A stretch of DNA of 64,000 bases. It comes from Zootoca vivipara (lineage: Eukaryota). The stretch is from positions 56,792,001 through 56,856,000 of the forward strand of contig NC_083285.1 in the NCBI RefSeq assembly GCF_963506605.1, read 5' to 3'. The position numbers and the translations under genes were made by a program. The notes beneath the pieces are model-generated. The model saw only the letters and a program-made list of their open reading frames with translations. It did no database searches and was not told where the DNA came from. Each line of letters begins with the position of its first letter. The stretch's first letter is position 1. Shown piece by piece: positions 63,649-64,000 of this stretch.

Positions 63649-63943
63649 CTCCACACCATCAGCCTGCATTCAAATGTCCTGCTATAGCAGGATATGGGGA
63701 AACTGTGGTCTCCCAGGTGCTGTGCGACTCCAACTCCCATCAGGCCCAGCCAGCACGGCCAGTGGTTAGGGATGATGGCTGTTGGAGTCAAACAACATCT
63801 GGAGGGCCAATTCTCCCCACCCCTGCCCTAGAGCGGGAGCCCTCTTCTCACTTTCAAAGCCAGGGGAACTGAACATGTGGAATTTGGGGCTGGAAATCAA
63901 AGCACACTTACTATGAAGTAAACTTCCTGACTTTAGTGGGGCT

Positions 63944-64000
63944 TAAAAAGGTAAAGGGACCCCTGACCATTAGGTCCAGTCATGACCGACTCTGGGGTTG
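63944..64000 (-). mobile_element. Sauria SINE 3' end (continues beyond the window)
   Basis: AAGGTAAAGGGACCCCTGACCATTAGGTCCAGTC. Confidence 0.8.

Overview
Vertebrate (squamate, probably lacertid lizard, judged from Sauria SINE, BovB, Squam3-like and Penelope repeats) genomic DNA with two N-gaps. The minus strand carries a tandem cluster of three spliced aldo-keto reductase family 1C-like genes: copy A 946-12752 (last exon outside the window or lost), complete copy B 21295-33495, and complete, more diverged copy C 35738-48704. The exon-less relic of a fourth copy lies between A and B, and a complete perilipin (PLIN3-like) gene lies at 56398-61462. All exon boundaries were read by hand (GT-AG, consistent phases). 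Introns and intergenic DNA are rich in transposons: CR1 nested in an RTE/RTEX-like LINE, a Penelope element with hammerhead-ribozyme pseudo-LTRs, Gypsy, solo LTRs, L2, BovB, SINEs, and hAT and Tc1/mariner MITEs. The most notable observations are: (1) a 2.1-kb composite transposon-like unit, two hAT MITEs plus cargo sharing one 8-bp TSD; (2) a Pack-type hAT carrying a CpG-island promoter, first exon and splice donor in sense orientation inside AKR-A; (3) cofactor-site and substrate-loop divergence among the AKR paralogues; (4) a chimeric 3' end of AKR-B borrowed from AKR-C; (5) an ARE-containing promoter repeat; (6) long intronic inverted repeats. No database searches were run, so family names come from motif recognition.
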